A DNA stretch of 62,959 bases, filler included, from Porpidia crustulata (lineage: Eukaryota), in assembly GCA_964255105.1 (NCBI GenBank). It is 4 parts of 4 records of this genome, joined end to end, with 100 filler letters (N's around TTAATTAATTAA, not from the genome) between each part and the next. Parts side by side here need not be neighbours in the genome. Positions count along the whole stretch, not along the records: positions 15,776 to 31,442 come from CAXUWE010000289.1; positions 31,543 to 47,208 come from CAXUWE010000290.1; 2 more parts are not named here. One strand, written 5' to 3'. Below, piece after piece: positions 28,045-39,519 of this stretch; position 1 is the stretch's first letter, and each line of letters starts with the position of its first letter. Made by a program: the position numbers and the translations under genes. The notes under the pieces were generated by a model, which saw nothing but the letters and a program-made list of their open reading frames with translations, made no database searches and was not told where the DNA came from.

Positions 28045-30456
28045 ATGGCCTCATCTAATCTAATTGATCATTCTCCATATCACCCAAAGGCAGCACGTTC
28101 AATATCAAGCGCGTCTAATCTGATACTACTTGACAACTATGATTCCTTTACATGGAATGTGTATCAATATCTAGTTCTAGAGGGCGCTTCTGTTACTGTC
28201 TACCGCAACGATGAAATCTCTGTTGACGAACTCGAAGCACTTAACCCCACTCAAATTGTCATAAGTCCAGGACCGGGACATCCGGACTCAGATGCAGGTA
28301 TAAGTACAGACGTGATCCGGAGGTTTGCTGGAAAGGTACCAATATTGGGAGTCTGCATGGGGGAGTAAGTCATGGTATCGGAGTCTGCAATTTGGTGTTG
28401 TACAGCTGAATGACCTTCTAGGCAATGTATATTTTCTGCATTTGGCGGTAAGGTGGAGATGACGGGGGAGATACTCCACGGCAAAACATCCCCTCTAAGC
28501 CACGACTCTAAAGGCCTGTATCAAGGCCTTGCTCAAGACTTACCAGTGACACGGTACCATTCGCTTGCAGGTACTCACAACAGCCTTCCTGAGTGTCTTG
28601 AAGTTACATCATGGATCGCGAGTGGTCCGGATGGCGGCAAAGGCATTATTATGGGTGTTCGCCACAAAGAATACATTGTGGAAGGTGTTCAATTTCACCC
28701 CGAAAGTATATTGACCGCAGAGGGAAGAACAATGCTCAAGAATTTCCTGAAGATGAAGGGGGGTTCATGGGCCGAAAATAAGCGGTCCCACCCTCCACAG
28801 GATACGTCCATGCCCATAAATGGCTTCAGCGGCGTTGATAAAACATTCGACAAGTCAGTTCCCTCGCTAGACGCTAAGTCAAAACAGAACGAGTCAATCT
28901 TAGACAAGATCTACAGGCACAGGAGAGCCACCGTTGACGCACAGAAGCTTACCCCTTCTCAAAGACCCTCTGATTTGGAGTCATCTTATGAACTAAGAAT
29001 TGCGCCGGCTCAGATTTCGTTTCCAAATAGGCTGAAAATATCACCATATAAACTTTCACTGCTTGCCGAAATCAAGCGAGCTTCACCTTCGAAAGGCGTT
29101 ATTTCCTTAGAGACTTGTGCTCCTGCGCAAGCAAGAAAATATGCTTTGGCTGGAGCTAGCGTGATTTCAGTGCTCACCGAGCCAGAGTGGTTCAAAGGAA
29201 GCATCGAAGATTTACGAGCGGTACGGCAGAGCTTAGAGGGTATGCCGAGTCGCCCGGCGGTATTACGCAAAGAATTCATTTTTGACCGGTACCAGATCTT
29301 AGAAGCCAGGCTTGCAGGAGCTGATACAGTATTGCTAATTGTCAAGATGCTTGAAGAAAGTACCCTTCGGACACTATACCGGTACTCACAGAGCCTGGGT
29401 ATGGAACCTCTGGTAGAAGTCAATACTGTTGAGGAGATGAAAATCGCTCTAGGTCTTGGAGCTCAGGTGATTGGGGTCAATAATCGTAACCTAACCAACT
29501 TTGAGGTCGATCTTGACACTACCACAAGATTAATGGAACAGGTACCCGAGGGGACAATTGTCTGTGCATTGAGTGGAATTTCCGGTCCAGATGATGTAAA
29601 AGCATATCAACGAAACGGAGTTGGTGCTGTTCTGGTGGGAGAAGCTCTAATGCGTGCCACCGATACTGCTGCTTTCAGTGAAGAACTACTTGGAGGCGTA
29701 GAGAGAGTGGCTACGAGCCCTGCTAGATCAGACCTTTTAGTCAAGATATGTGGGACTCGTTCACCAGAAGCTGCCAAGGTCGCGATTGAGGAAGGGGCGG
29801 ATCTAATCGGTATAATACTAGTCGAAGGGGCAAAACGTCATGTGTCTCGAGAGACTGCTCTCGCAATTTCGAAAACTACGCGAGAGACTGCAAAGACATT
29901 AGAAATGGGACAGACGGGTTTGATTTCAAAGACCCAGCAAGTAGCAACCGAATACTTTGATCATAGCTCCAAGTTTCTTCATCGAGCAGATAGGGCAGTT
30001 CTTGTTGGTGTTTTCAAAGATCAGCCATTGTCGTATATTCTTGCTCAGCAAAAGATACTTGGTCTAGATGTTGTTCAGCTCCATGGTTCGGAACCTGTTG
30101 AATGGGCGAATCTTATACCGGTGCCTGTAATCCACCGCTTTGGACCTGGTGACCCGCAGCTTGGTCGGAGAGGTTACCATGCTCTTCCGCTACTCGACTC
30201 GGCTGCTGGTGGAACAGGACAGATGCTGGACTTGGCAGCAGTCGAGCAATGTTTGGGTTCGGATTCTGGTCTAAAGATAATCTTGGCAGGTGGTCTAAAT
30301 CCAGAAAATGTGCAAACCGTACTGCAGCAACTCAAGAGTCATGCCTCGAAAATAGTCGCCGTCGATGTGAGTAGTGGAGTGGAAAGAGACGGTGCACAAG
30401 ATCTAGACAGAATAAAGGAATTTGTGAGGGCAGCAAAGGGTGCTGGTATGACTTGA
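28045..30456 (+). CDS. TRP1: Trifunctional tryptophan biosynthesis protein (anthranilate synthase GAT / IGPS / PRAI)
   Basis: [36 protein letters not shown] (GAT); [23 protein letters not shown] (IGPS); [28 protein letters not shown] (PRAI); one intron ~28366-28421. Confidence 0.97.
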
Positions 30457-31249
30457 TGGATCAGGTGGGTATTGGATACTGCACTGTTGCCGGAGGTTAC
30501 TCACGCTACAGCTCATCATGCCTTTGATATACCCTTCATCTTTTTTCCAAAGTTTGCGGCAACTTGCAATCATCGTGCATTGAGGCTTTTTTAACCAACG
30601 TTTCTGCTGAATGAAATAGCCCATTCTGCAGATGAGCTAATTTCATCTCTTATTCGCTTTAGGTGATGTCTTTGTGGCGTCCTCCATCGCAGAGACGTTT
30701 CCAGATCTATAATTCATCTGAACCGACGGCGCGAACCTAAGAGGCCTATGATCTCGAATCTACAAGATAAGATCGCTTGCCAACGTTCAATGCGATAGAC
30801 AGCCTTTGTGCCACCTTGCGAAAGTCCTCACTTCTAGCGCCTCAAGACCTCGCATACTACTTAAATTATTCCCTTCTTGCAACGTTTGCGCCTATCATCT
30901 TTTCTTTTGCTATCTCTGTCATCCTCGAACGTCCTTCTCTATATTGCTTCCACCCCTACAGCAACAATAAAGCAATTTTTCCAGGATTACCTCAATACAT
31001 CCATCCAACTTAGACACCTTTCTCCATTCACACTCTCTCTGGATAGGAGGACAGCACAAATCACCTACACCCCACATCAACGGCGGATTTTCCTGTCATC
31101 TTTGGCGATTAAAACAACATTTCCTTTCTCTTACTCTGGACTCTACCGTTCAACAATCACTTTCTCCTAGTCCCCAGCCCTCAATTTTAAAACACCATCA
31201 AAGCCACCTCTTATTCTTCATTCTTCCTTTCAGAACGCATCACCCAACA

Positions 31250-31430
31250 ATGAAAAACCCCCTAAAACCCACCACCATAGCCGTCACCGGCGACTTCGGC
31301 GACCACCGCACCCACGAGAAAATGAAATCTTGGATCGAAGTCAACGGCGGCACCTACACCCCCAAAATCTCCCTCGACGTCACACACCTCATCTGCAGCC
31401 GGGAGCACTTCAAGAAATCCGTCGCCATGG
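31250..31430 (+). CDS. BRCT-domain protein, first exon only (truncated by contig end)
   Basis: IAVTGDF...MKSWIEVNGGTYTPKISLDVTHLICS is a BRCT pattern; followed by a GTAAAT donor and then Ns. Confidence 0.75.
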
Positions 31431-31442
31431 GTAAATTAATCC

Positions 31443-31542
31443 NNNNNNNNNNNNNNNNNNNNNNNNNNNNNNNNNNNNNNNNNNNNTTAATTAATTAANN
31501 NNNNNNNNNNNNNNNNNNNNNNNNNNNNNNNNNNNNNNNNNN
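31443..31542. other. Artificial contig-joining linker
   Basis: N44-TTAATTAATTAA-N44. Confidence 0.97.
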
Positions 31543-31667
31543 CATATACCCCTAATTCGGCCAAACCCCTAGCTCGGCCACGGTCGTTTAATCTAGATGC
31601 TATAAACCTAAACCTTGGTAAGATGGCCGAGCTAGGGGTGTGGCCGAACTAGGGGTATATAATCGTA
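31543..31667. mobile_element. MITE (~125 bp visible) with 37-bp inverted arms, probably pogo/Fot1-type
   Basis: 31544-31580 is the reverse complement of 31624-31660 at 35/37 positions; each arm has two CCCCTAR(T/C)TCGGCCA units; right side ends AATCG-TA. Confidence 0.75.
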
Positions 31668-31869
31668 TCCAGTGGAAACAGAGTCCTCCCTAAGATTTGT
31701 CAGATATAGTAAAGACAATGTCGAAGAAGCCGACGTACTTCATTTCTACGGCTTGAGTAGCCTGAAGTGTTGTGTCCCAAGGGCAACTCTACTTGGCGAT
31801 TATTATCTTTCATATCCATTCATATTCTATCGGCTGGCAAGCTGCGAGCCATGTCTTTCTTGTCAGTAG

Positions 31870-34065
31870 CTAGCGGTGCCACTTCGAAGGTATCGCAAGA
31901 TGGCCTTTGATTGAATCTCCCAGTCCGTCTGATGAAGCTTCTATAACCGAGAAAGTGTTTGCAGAACCAATTGGTCCACTGTTACTTGCTCGTACTAATT
32001 TGCCACCCTCAAAATTCGCTCTTGTCAATTCGATTCCCTCTGAAGCGACGAAGTCTGATAACGCTTTTCGAGTCCCTAAGATCCTCCGAGTAACGGACTT
32101 TGAACAGCTTGACCTTTCCTCCATTTCGTCGTTGCTAAGACCATGCAAATCCTTCAACTCCGGATTGAGATGCAATCCATCCACGATGTCAACCATTAAG
32201 CGGAGGGTATCTACATCTCGCCATGTTCGGTAACTCATCGTCCCCTGGCTGATAAGGATGAGAGCCAATGATATTGATGCGGCAAACAAGACACTGAGCA
32301 CTCCCGCAAGAAGGATGAGGGGTACGTAAGTCATTCTGTAGCGTTGGCCAGATTCAGTGGCTTGAACGCGAAGAGAGGAAGATTCTGTGTCGATGAGGGT
32401 GGAATCTGCGTTTTTCACCTCGTAGGCGATTCGCTCTATCTCTCCGGCGGCAAAAAGGAAATTCTGTGCATAGACCTGGTAATCCGGTAATTTCTTTGTG
32501 GGGCATTGCCCATCCGGCAGCAGAGGATCGGGACAGCGTATTGCATTTGAGAGTAGGGCCGGTGCCAAACCAGGCATGTTGGTCGTCGGTGTTTGGAAGT
32601 TCAATACTTTCTGCCATTCACCAACCAGCATAGCTGTGATTCTGCAAGATTTGGACCAAGTACTACTCTGAATCTTCCACGAAAGATCTTCCTCGCGTGA
32701 AAGATTGTGTAGCCCGGTCTCTCGGGTCATGTTGCATATCATTCCCCAACCAGATATTGTTGCTTTCTTACCCTGGAATCCAAAGGCTGTCATGTTATAC
32801 GTCTTATAGGTGATGTCGCCATATGGTGACGGCATGGGCTCCAAAGAATCGGGCTTGTCGACGAACCTTCCAAGGCAGACCCGAAAAGCTTGAGTTTGGT
32901 TTGTCTCGAAAGCAGCAAAAGCAAATTTGGTGCTGTTTGCATTCGTATACACATCCATTCTACCCGGAAATTCAGCCCGAAAACTCGATTCATCGTCACC
33001 GCTATTCTCGAATTTTGTTTCTATGGCGACATTGTATGTGCCCGCTGTAGTGATCGAAACGTTGTCCGGAGGTCGAGCTTGACAGCCTATTGCCAATCGG
33101 TACCCAGGTATATCAGTCAGCTTGACGAATTTAGATGGTAAAGCATTCATTGAGGCCCGCGTTGCATTGATTCCAACGTAATAACCACGATCTAACTTAC
33201 TAAGTGCATTATCAAATGCGATTCTAGTTAGCATTTCATTCACCTGGGGCACAAAGTCAGATTGTTGCTTTTTAGTGTAATTAAGATCGGCTTGAATGTA
33301 AGTAGTGAGATTGATACCATCAAAACTGTAGCTTGGAATGGAATCCATGGTGGAAACGTGTTCGAAGTCATTGAGTGGGTGAAGTTTCGCCGTAAATGTC
33401 CCAGTATGCGTGATATAAGCTTGGTAGCCAATGACGTTCTGGAATGCCGAGAGTGCGATAGCTGAAAGCAGCATCAAGACTCCCAACAGGAAGCTCATAG
33501 GGTTTTGTTTGGTGATTAATTTGATAACTGTGAATGGATTGTACGAGCCGGATTCAATCTTGCTGGCTTCGATCAATGTCACTAAGGGAACACCCTTCTT
33601 TGTGCGTTCATTGTTGACCGTGACTCGAGCAATAGAGAACCAGTACGTGTTAAGGAATAAGACCAATGTAGGCGCAAAGACAGCAGTCGAGGCGACATCA
33701 ATGACTTTGGCCTGAAGCTGAGTGAATTTCCCACCTATGGCGACAGAGGATAAGCCAAAGTCTGCCCCTTGCTGAACATTCAGAGGAATCCAGATCGCAA
33801 GACTCAGAATTGATAGGATCAGCAATAAGATGGCGACGAGAAGACCTTGAAATGATCGAGCCAAGTCCAGGATGTGACCTCCAAACCGTCGTGGTTGGGT
33901 AAAGATCTTGTCGCGGGAAAAAAAGGGTTCTTTTTCTCTGTAGCTTGGAAGTAAGACTGTATCTTTCGCATGGATGGTGGAATTTGCCTGCTGTAAAATC
34001 AAGACGCGCTCACCCAAGGAAACATTGCAAGGAACCATCATTGGATCGTGAAAGTTGAGGGACAA
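31870..34065 (-). CDS. Uncharacterised membrane glycoprotein (several N-terminal TMs, large luminal domain, C-terminal TM)
   Basis: 731-codon ORF; hydrophobic segments LLVAILLLILSILSLAIWI, FLLGVLMLLSAIAL, YVPLILLAGVLSVLFAASISLALILI; many NxS/T sites; possible frameshift near 32110. Confidence 0.75.
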   Translation of the reverse strand: MSLNFHDPMMVPCNVSLGERVLILQQANSTIHAKDTVLLPSYREKEPFFSRDKIFTQPRRFGGHILDLARSFQGLLVAILLLILSILSLAIWIPLNVQQGADFGLSSVAIGGKFTQLQAKVIDVASTAVFAPTLVLFLNTYWFSIARVTVNNERTKKGVPLVTLIEASKIESGSYNPFTVIKLITKQNPMSFLLGVLMLLSAIALSAFQNVIGYQAYITHTGTFTAKLHPLNDFEHVSTMDSIPSYSFDGINLTTYIQADLNYTKKQQSDFVPQVNEMLTRIAFDNALSKLDRGYYVGINATRASMNALPSKFVKLTDIPGYRLAIGCQARPPDNVSITTAGTYNVAIETKFENSGDDESSFRAEFPGRMDVYTNANSTKFAFAAFETNQTQAFRVCLGRFVDKPDSLEPMPSPYGDITYKTYNMTAFGFQGKKATISGWGMICNMTRETGLHNLSREEDLSWKIQSSTWSKSCRITAMLVGEWQKVLNFQTPTTNMPGLAPALLSNAIRCPDPLLPDGQCPTKKLPDYQVYAQNFLFAAGEIERIAYEVKNADSTLIDTESSSLRVQATESGQRYRMTYVPLILLAGVLSVLFAASISLALILISQGTMSYRTWRDVDTLRLMVDIVDGLHLNPELKDLHGLSNDEMEERSSCSKSVTRRILGTRKALSDFVASEGIELTRANFEGGKLVRASNSGPIGSANTFSVIEASSDGLGDSIKGHLAIPSKWHR

Positions 34066-34348
34066 AGCTTGAGAAATGACGGAAAACAGACGGACTCCTC
34101 AAAGCATTTCAGACGAGGCGAAGAAAGAGGACATTTGAAATGGAATTTTCTAAGCTTGGATGCATGTTTGATATAGAATAAATACAATCCTGATCCGTAA
34201 AGTTGCAACTCTGCATAGGGGCGGAGCACAGCAACGTGCTTTCTTGGTCGCGTATCGCTTACAATTTCCAATGTACAGTATAGGTATATGCATTGTTTAG
34301 CAATACTATTGGAGCACGTTATTAGAATAAATAATGGGACCCACTCAC

Positions 34349-34921
34349 CGTACACCCCCTTTGTCTACTCGTACGCCCCGTTTTGCCTACTCGTACACCC
34401 CCTCAAATGGGGCTTAGCGTTAATCAGATAAAGCTTAGTCTTAGGGTTATAAACCTTCACCTTATCGAATCGCTTCTCAATTTGAACATGTTTTAGCGCG
34501 AATGAAAGCACAAGAGATGGAGCATGAGCGGGCAGCGAAGCAGGAAAGAAAGAAAGTAGAGACGGACGAAAGAGTAAGAAGAGTAGAGAAAGTAAGAAGG
34601 ATAAGAACGATAGAAAAAGTATGAAAGATAGAGAGAATGAAGTGAAGAAAGAGAAGCGAGAAGAAAGAGTGAAAATCGAAGGCGGACAGTGACGCGAGGA
34701 TTAAGAGGAGAAATTACACCTTCTAGACGAAGTTGTAGGTGGACTGCAGAAGGCCTTTTGAATGATACTTCAATTTGAAACGGGTGTTTTTTGATCGAAT
34801 TAGAACAGTGTGCAATTGCTCGATATTTTTCAAACAGGTGGTGGAGAATAAGGAAAGGGTTAATAACCCTAGTACTAAGCCTTATTAGGATACCATCAAA
34901 GCCCATTTGAGGGAGTGTACG
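34349..34921. mobile_element. Degenerate TIR transposon remnant
   Basis: Three CGTAC(A/G)CCCC subrepeats at 34349-34400; 34392-34415 CGTACACCCCCTCAAATGGGGCTT is inverted at 34899-34921 (one mismatch, one indel); interior is purine-rich with a stop-interrupted E/K/R-rich frame. Confidence 0.5.
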
Positions 34922-35399
34922 CAGAGCTTTATCCCATAATTTCGAAACAAACAAACGAAGAAAGAAAAGGGAAGGAAATGCTTAAACTTCCAGTTACAAA
35001 ATATAAGCGCGGAATATAGCCGGTGAAGCTTAACGCAGCGGGAACATATTGAGACCATACCGGCAGTATCGGAAGAACTCGCGCGGTTCCCCCCGAATTG
35101 GTTAAATTTCCTCGCGAACACAAATTAACCTAACAAGGTGCGTATTCCTTCTTTGTCGTTGCTAGTGAGATGAATTAAAGCTTGGTTATATATGTTATCA
35201 AAGAGTAGTACCCATATTAAATCCAGTTCTTTTACCCCTTTTTTTTAAGTATACGGTTAAATCATTAAAAGCTTTGATAACATAATTGAACAATATTTCC
35301 AAGTCTCCAGATCTTTCTTTTCATCAAAGTTTGAAATTTCCATTTATATAAAGAACGGGGCGTCTTTCGCTCTGGTAAAGCGGAGAACATTTGCCGAAT

Positions 35400-36893
35400 T
35401 ATGTTGCAGATTTCTACCTGTCGGTTACGTCCAGATTGCCTCTCCTTTCTTGTATTCGTTATTAGCCGCCGGATTTTTCACAAGCAACAGTGTGGACAAT
35501 TTACGTATTTGGACACAGTCCATACGTTTCATGTCACTATCCGAAATGATATGCCGTGGACAGGTCTCATTCTCGGAGAAGAGATGGTCCAGTTGACCGA
35601 CAATCTCTTGCTTGTGAGGTTTAGATGCTGCTATTCGGCTAGTGCTCAGATTCCTACTGTAAACCAACTTATTAATGCAGCTCGAGAAATCCGAAACGTT
35701 TTTTTCGGCCGTTCTTATCTTAAATGATATCCTAACCTTTCCTTACTAATCCTTCTGGGAGTAAGCGCCAAAAAGGGACGGCGAACCTTGACAGATTTGA
35801 CAAGAGGTGCCTCTTTTGACAACTTCTAAAGGCTCATCACGCTAGCCTGGCTTTCCTAGTTTCGGCTTCTCCAGCAATTCGGATTCGACGACAGGCCCAA
35901 ATAAAGGCTTAATAACAATGTCGGAGCATAAATGTATGGAGGCCTAGGACCGTCTCGGCGCAATAGATCACAGATTTTGTGACGGAAGTTTTGCAACTTC
36001 AACTGACCAAACCGGGCCTTGGGCAAACCTTTATCGCCATAAGCCGGCGAGGTGTTCTTCTCTTTTAGCCGACCCTTGTTCCTCATAGAGACTGATGTAT
36101 CTTATAGCCAAGCCTGAGAATGCTAAAAACATATCTGTTTCTTTAGCCAAATCTCATTTTACATAGGCTTTCACAAATTCTAGCTATTGGTTGTGAAGGA
36201 CTATTTCATTTTGATTGCGGTGAGTCGCTAGAAATGCCTGGGGGCTTTTATCCTTTGGAAGGTATCTGGACTTTCTAGCAATTGCTATGGGCTATGACGA
36301 CCCATCTCAGTATGCTGAGAATAAGAACACGACCAATAGATTCGCTGATTAGATACGTATATTCTTCTGGGTGACAGACGCTCCTCCTTCAGCGTCCAAG
36401 CCCGAGTATACAGAGGTGATTTTCGCCAAATTTCGTTGAGACTCATATCCAGATTCGATAGTCATTGTCCCTAATATAGACGGTAAGCATTTCTTCGGTA
36501 TTGCCACGCCTGCCTCGCGGAAAGGAATCCGTCCGTTGTCGTTTCGCTGGAATATATTGCCAATGTTACACGAGCGTTCCAGTACACTTTATACATCTTG
36601 GACGCCTCGTCGTTCCAGTTTGCACCTGGAATAATGCTCATTACGTCGATCCAGATATAACGTATACCAAGATCCCACGTTAGCTTGATCACATCTTCAA
36701 TCGTAGCTGGTAACAGCAAAGTTGAAAACAATTTCCGCCTTTCTTTGAGATTCCCTCTGCGCTTCACAATCATATTACCGTCGGCATACTTTAAATCTTT
36801 AGTCGTCTTATGGGGTTTCACTTGGTCCTTTTCGGCTTTTGAGTTGGCGAAATGGTCTCCCCAGCTATAGCTCAAAGCAGCATCAGGAACCAA
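35400..36893 (-). pseudogene. HET (heterokaryon incompatibility, PF06985-type) domain pseudogene
   Basis: AALSYSWG, LPATIEDVI...LGIRYIWIDVMSI, EASKMYKVY; past stops SPLYTRAWTLKEERLSPR, AFSGLA, HLAGLW, APRRS*AS; multiple TAG/TGA/TAA at likely Trp/Gln/Arg codons. 3' limit approximate. Confidence 0.85.
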
Positions 36894-37109
36894 GGCTGCA
36901 CCCTGGCAGGTATTTGCTTCTCCATACGGATTTATGACATTAGGTTTAATTCTACCCCTACCCGAAGATGTATTTTAGGGCTAATGTAGACTATCACGCC
37001 GCCTCATCACGAAAGATTCCTGTTGATCAATATTATTGTTGGTAAGGCGGTCAGCTAGGCTGAAGGTAGTGAAGCCGTGTGTTTGGTTCGAACTCGTTTA
37101 AGAATCAAG

Positions 37110-38910
37110 CTAATTGTATATATCTTCAGATTCGGGTTTAGACTGCGTATTAATACGTTTCACATAGCTATCCACGCCTAAATCAAACTCAGAACCTCGT
37201 TTGAGCGAAGATCGTGAAGCTGGTGGTGATACAGGCAGCGTCGGAGCTTGAGTCTTCTTGTGATCCCGGTTGACATCGATAGACCCGAGAAATTTTCGTA
37301 CATAGCGAGAGCCTTGTATTCCACCGAGAAAAGGATGGTCGGTCTTAAAGAACTCATTTGGTCTAGGAACGCGAGGACTAGCATGAAATGGCGGCGTGTT
37401 CATAATTTTATTTATCAGACTGGGTTCTCCGATCAAGAGAATGGCGGCGAGAGGTTTGGTTAGGCCGGTACAATCATAGACACTTCGAAGACGATCTGAA
37501 AGTTGGGTCTCTAGTGTTGTCGGATCTCTATCGGTATCGCCATCAATCTCGTAATGACGTTGTTCAAGCCATAGTCGGTCATATCTTGTTTGGTCAAACA
37601 ACCCAGAGCCAGAGTAATTGCCTTCTATCAATTCTGACAACAGCAACTTTAGCCTTTCGGAAATGGCTGACCTAGAACAACAGCTTGCTGATAAACGATC
37701 GTCTATCCGGATGTAACAGTCTATGAGCTTATTATAGAGGACGACGCTCCTGCAGACGCCGATAGCTGTGCTGATTTGGCGTTTGCAAGGAGCAACGTAG
37801 ATTCGAATTTGGATTTTTTCGTACACGTCTTTGAACTCTTCAGAATCGAAGAGTGAGCAGTCAATTTCCGCAGCCAATCTTCGTCCAAGCTTCCAACGAT
37901 CGTAACGCTCAGCAAGATAAATCGGATACTCTGTAGAAAGGATACGGAATTCCTGATTACTACAAGGCGAGGGCTCCATAAATAAGTCGCAGTTTTCTAC
38001 CGTTGCAAAAAGTTTCAAACAATTGTATGCAAATTTCGACGTCCAGCCATCTTTTGGAAATCAGCTTATTCTAATTTAAAAAGCTTGGACACCCACCTTG
38101 ACAGATAGACTCTGGAGTAGTTATTCTGGCGTTGTTGGCCTGAGAGAACCAGAATGATGTACGCGGACCCTGTTCCTGGTCGTCTGTATGGGTTCGCTGG
38201 TTGATTGTCTCGCGCTCGGTTCTGTCAATCGCAATACTAGCGATGTTAGACCAAGCTCTATAAGATCCTTCGCACGCAGCTTCCACGAGTCGAAGTTGAG
38301 AGAGATCCACAATAGAAAAGATATCTGCTTCTACCATGCTGTCTTGGACCTCGCGGCTGATGGGTATAATTTGAAAAAGTCGATCAACAAAGCCCTTTAG
38401 CGTGACAATTAATCCTGTGAATTTTGCGCGTTCTCGAAATGCCCATCTTATCTGCATAGTGAGACTTGGATTGTTGCCATTGAAATTATTCAGTTTCGAA
38501 GTGAATCGCTTGTATGCTATTTTGAACGTCGTAGCCAGATTCTTACTTATGGGGTCGGTAGTGGCAGCTGTAAACGCATTGCTATCATCGAAGACTTTGA
38601 CACCATGACGTTCCTGCAATTTCGTAGCGTTATCAAGGAGGTTTCGAATCTGTTTTAAAGCTACCTTGATGACTTTCTCATGCTGTTCGATGTGCGGGTG
38701 TCGTTTTCCGTTTTCCAGCTGCACCAGTCCTATAGCCTCTGCCCAAATCAGCAGCCTTTCTTTCTCACAGTCAAGTTCTACTAGAACAGTCTCCAAAGAT
38801 CCTTCACAGTCCTCGGCAGCTTTGTAAAATTCGAAGCAGTCTATACAGCTTTTGAAGAGCGCCGCCAGAGTTACAAGGCTGGCAGCAAGACCGATCCCTG
38901 CTTCTGCCAT
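37110..38910 (-). CDS. HeLo (prion-inhibition and propagation, PF14479-like) N-terminal domain protein, about 584 aa
   Basis: MAEAGIGLAASLVTLAALFKSCIDCF...ELDCEKERLLIWAEAIGL...IRWAFRERAKF...FVDRL; 46-nt intron 38051-38096 (GTGGGT...GCTGAT...AAG) joins ORFs 38071..38910 and 37110..38018 in frame. Confidence 0.8.
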
Positions 38911-38978
38911 TGAGACGATCGATGGTCGGATTAAGCGTTATCACAGGCATCCCAACATCCTTTACATGAGGTTCGAAA

Positions 38979-39519
38979 ATGGCATCTCTAGAGGCCCCGT
39001 TCGCCCACGACGAAAGCTTGACATTCGAATTCAGACATGACCCGAAAGCCACGGCCGTTGCTGAGTACGCATTTGATTCTCCCAGCTGCCTACCACACAC
39101 GTCAAAGAGGATATCAAGAACTAGCCCTGGAAGACACAGCTGCATTGAAGCAATATCTTCAGCATGAAGTCAATGTCGAAAGATTGAATGAAATACACAA
39201 TCACTTGTGGCTTGCTGACTTACCGCAACCGGGCCGCCCGCTATTCAATCAACTCGTGCTTGGAAGATCAATTGTGTCCACAGGCGACGCTGATCTCCAT
39301 CTGACATGGCATGATAGTCGCATCTTTCTCAAATATCTCCCGGACTTTCATTTGTGCCAGAGCATATGGGAGACGTACCTGAGTAAAGACCGGGATTCAT
39401 ATGAGGCTGCGTCGGGACTCTTGCTATCCTGTTCATGGCTGTTTTGTATGAAGTTGGATCTAAAGATTGCCCAAGACCATCTCCTATTGCCGGAGACTAC
39501 CATTGGTTTATCTCCTTAG
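38979..39519 (+). pseudogene. DUF6601-family relic (frameshifted, truncated)
   Basis: LNEIHNHLWLADLPQPGRPL...DLHLTWHDSRIFLKYLP...AASGLLLSCSWL...DLKIAQDHLLLP fits the fungal DUF6601 pattern; N-terminal MASLEAPF is in another frame; C-terminal TM part not found. Confidence 0.65.

Noticed and set aside
34349..34415. CRISPR-like short repeats
   Set aside because: Only three units with ~11-nt similar spacers, an inverted partner 500 bp away, eukaryotic context and no cas genes; better explained as TIR subrepeats.
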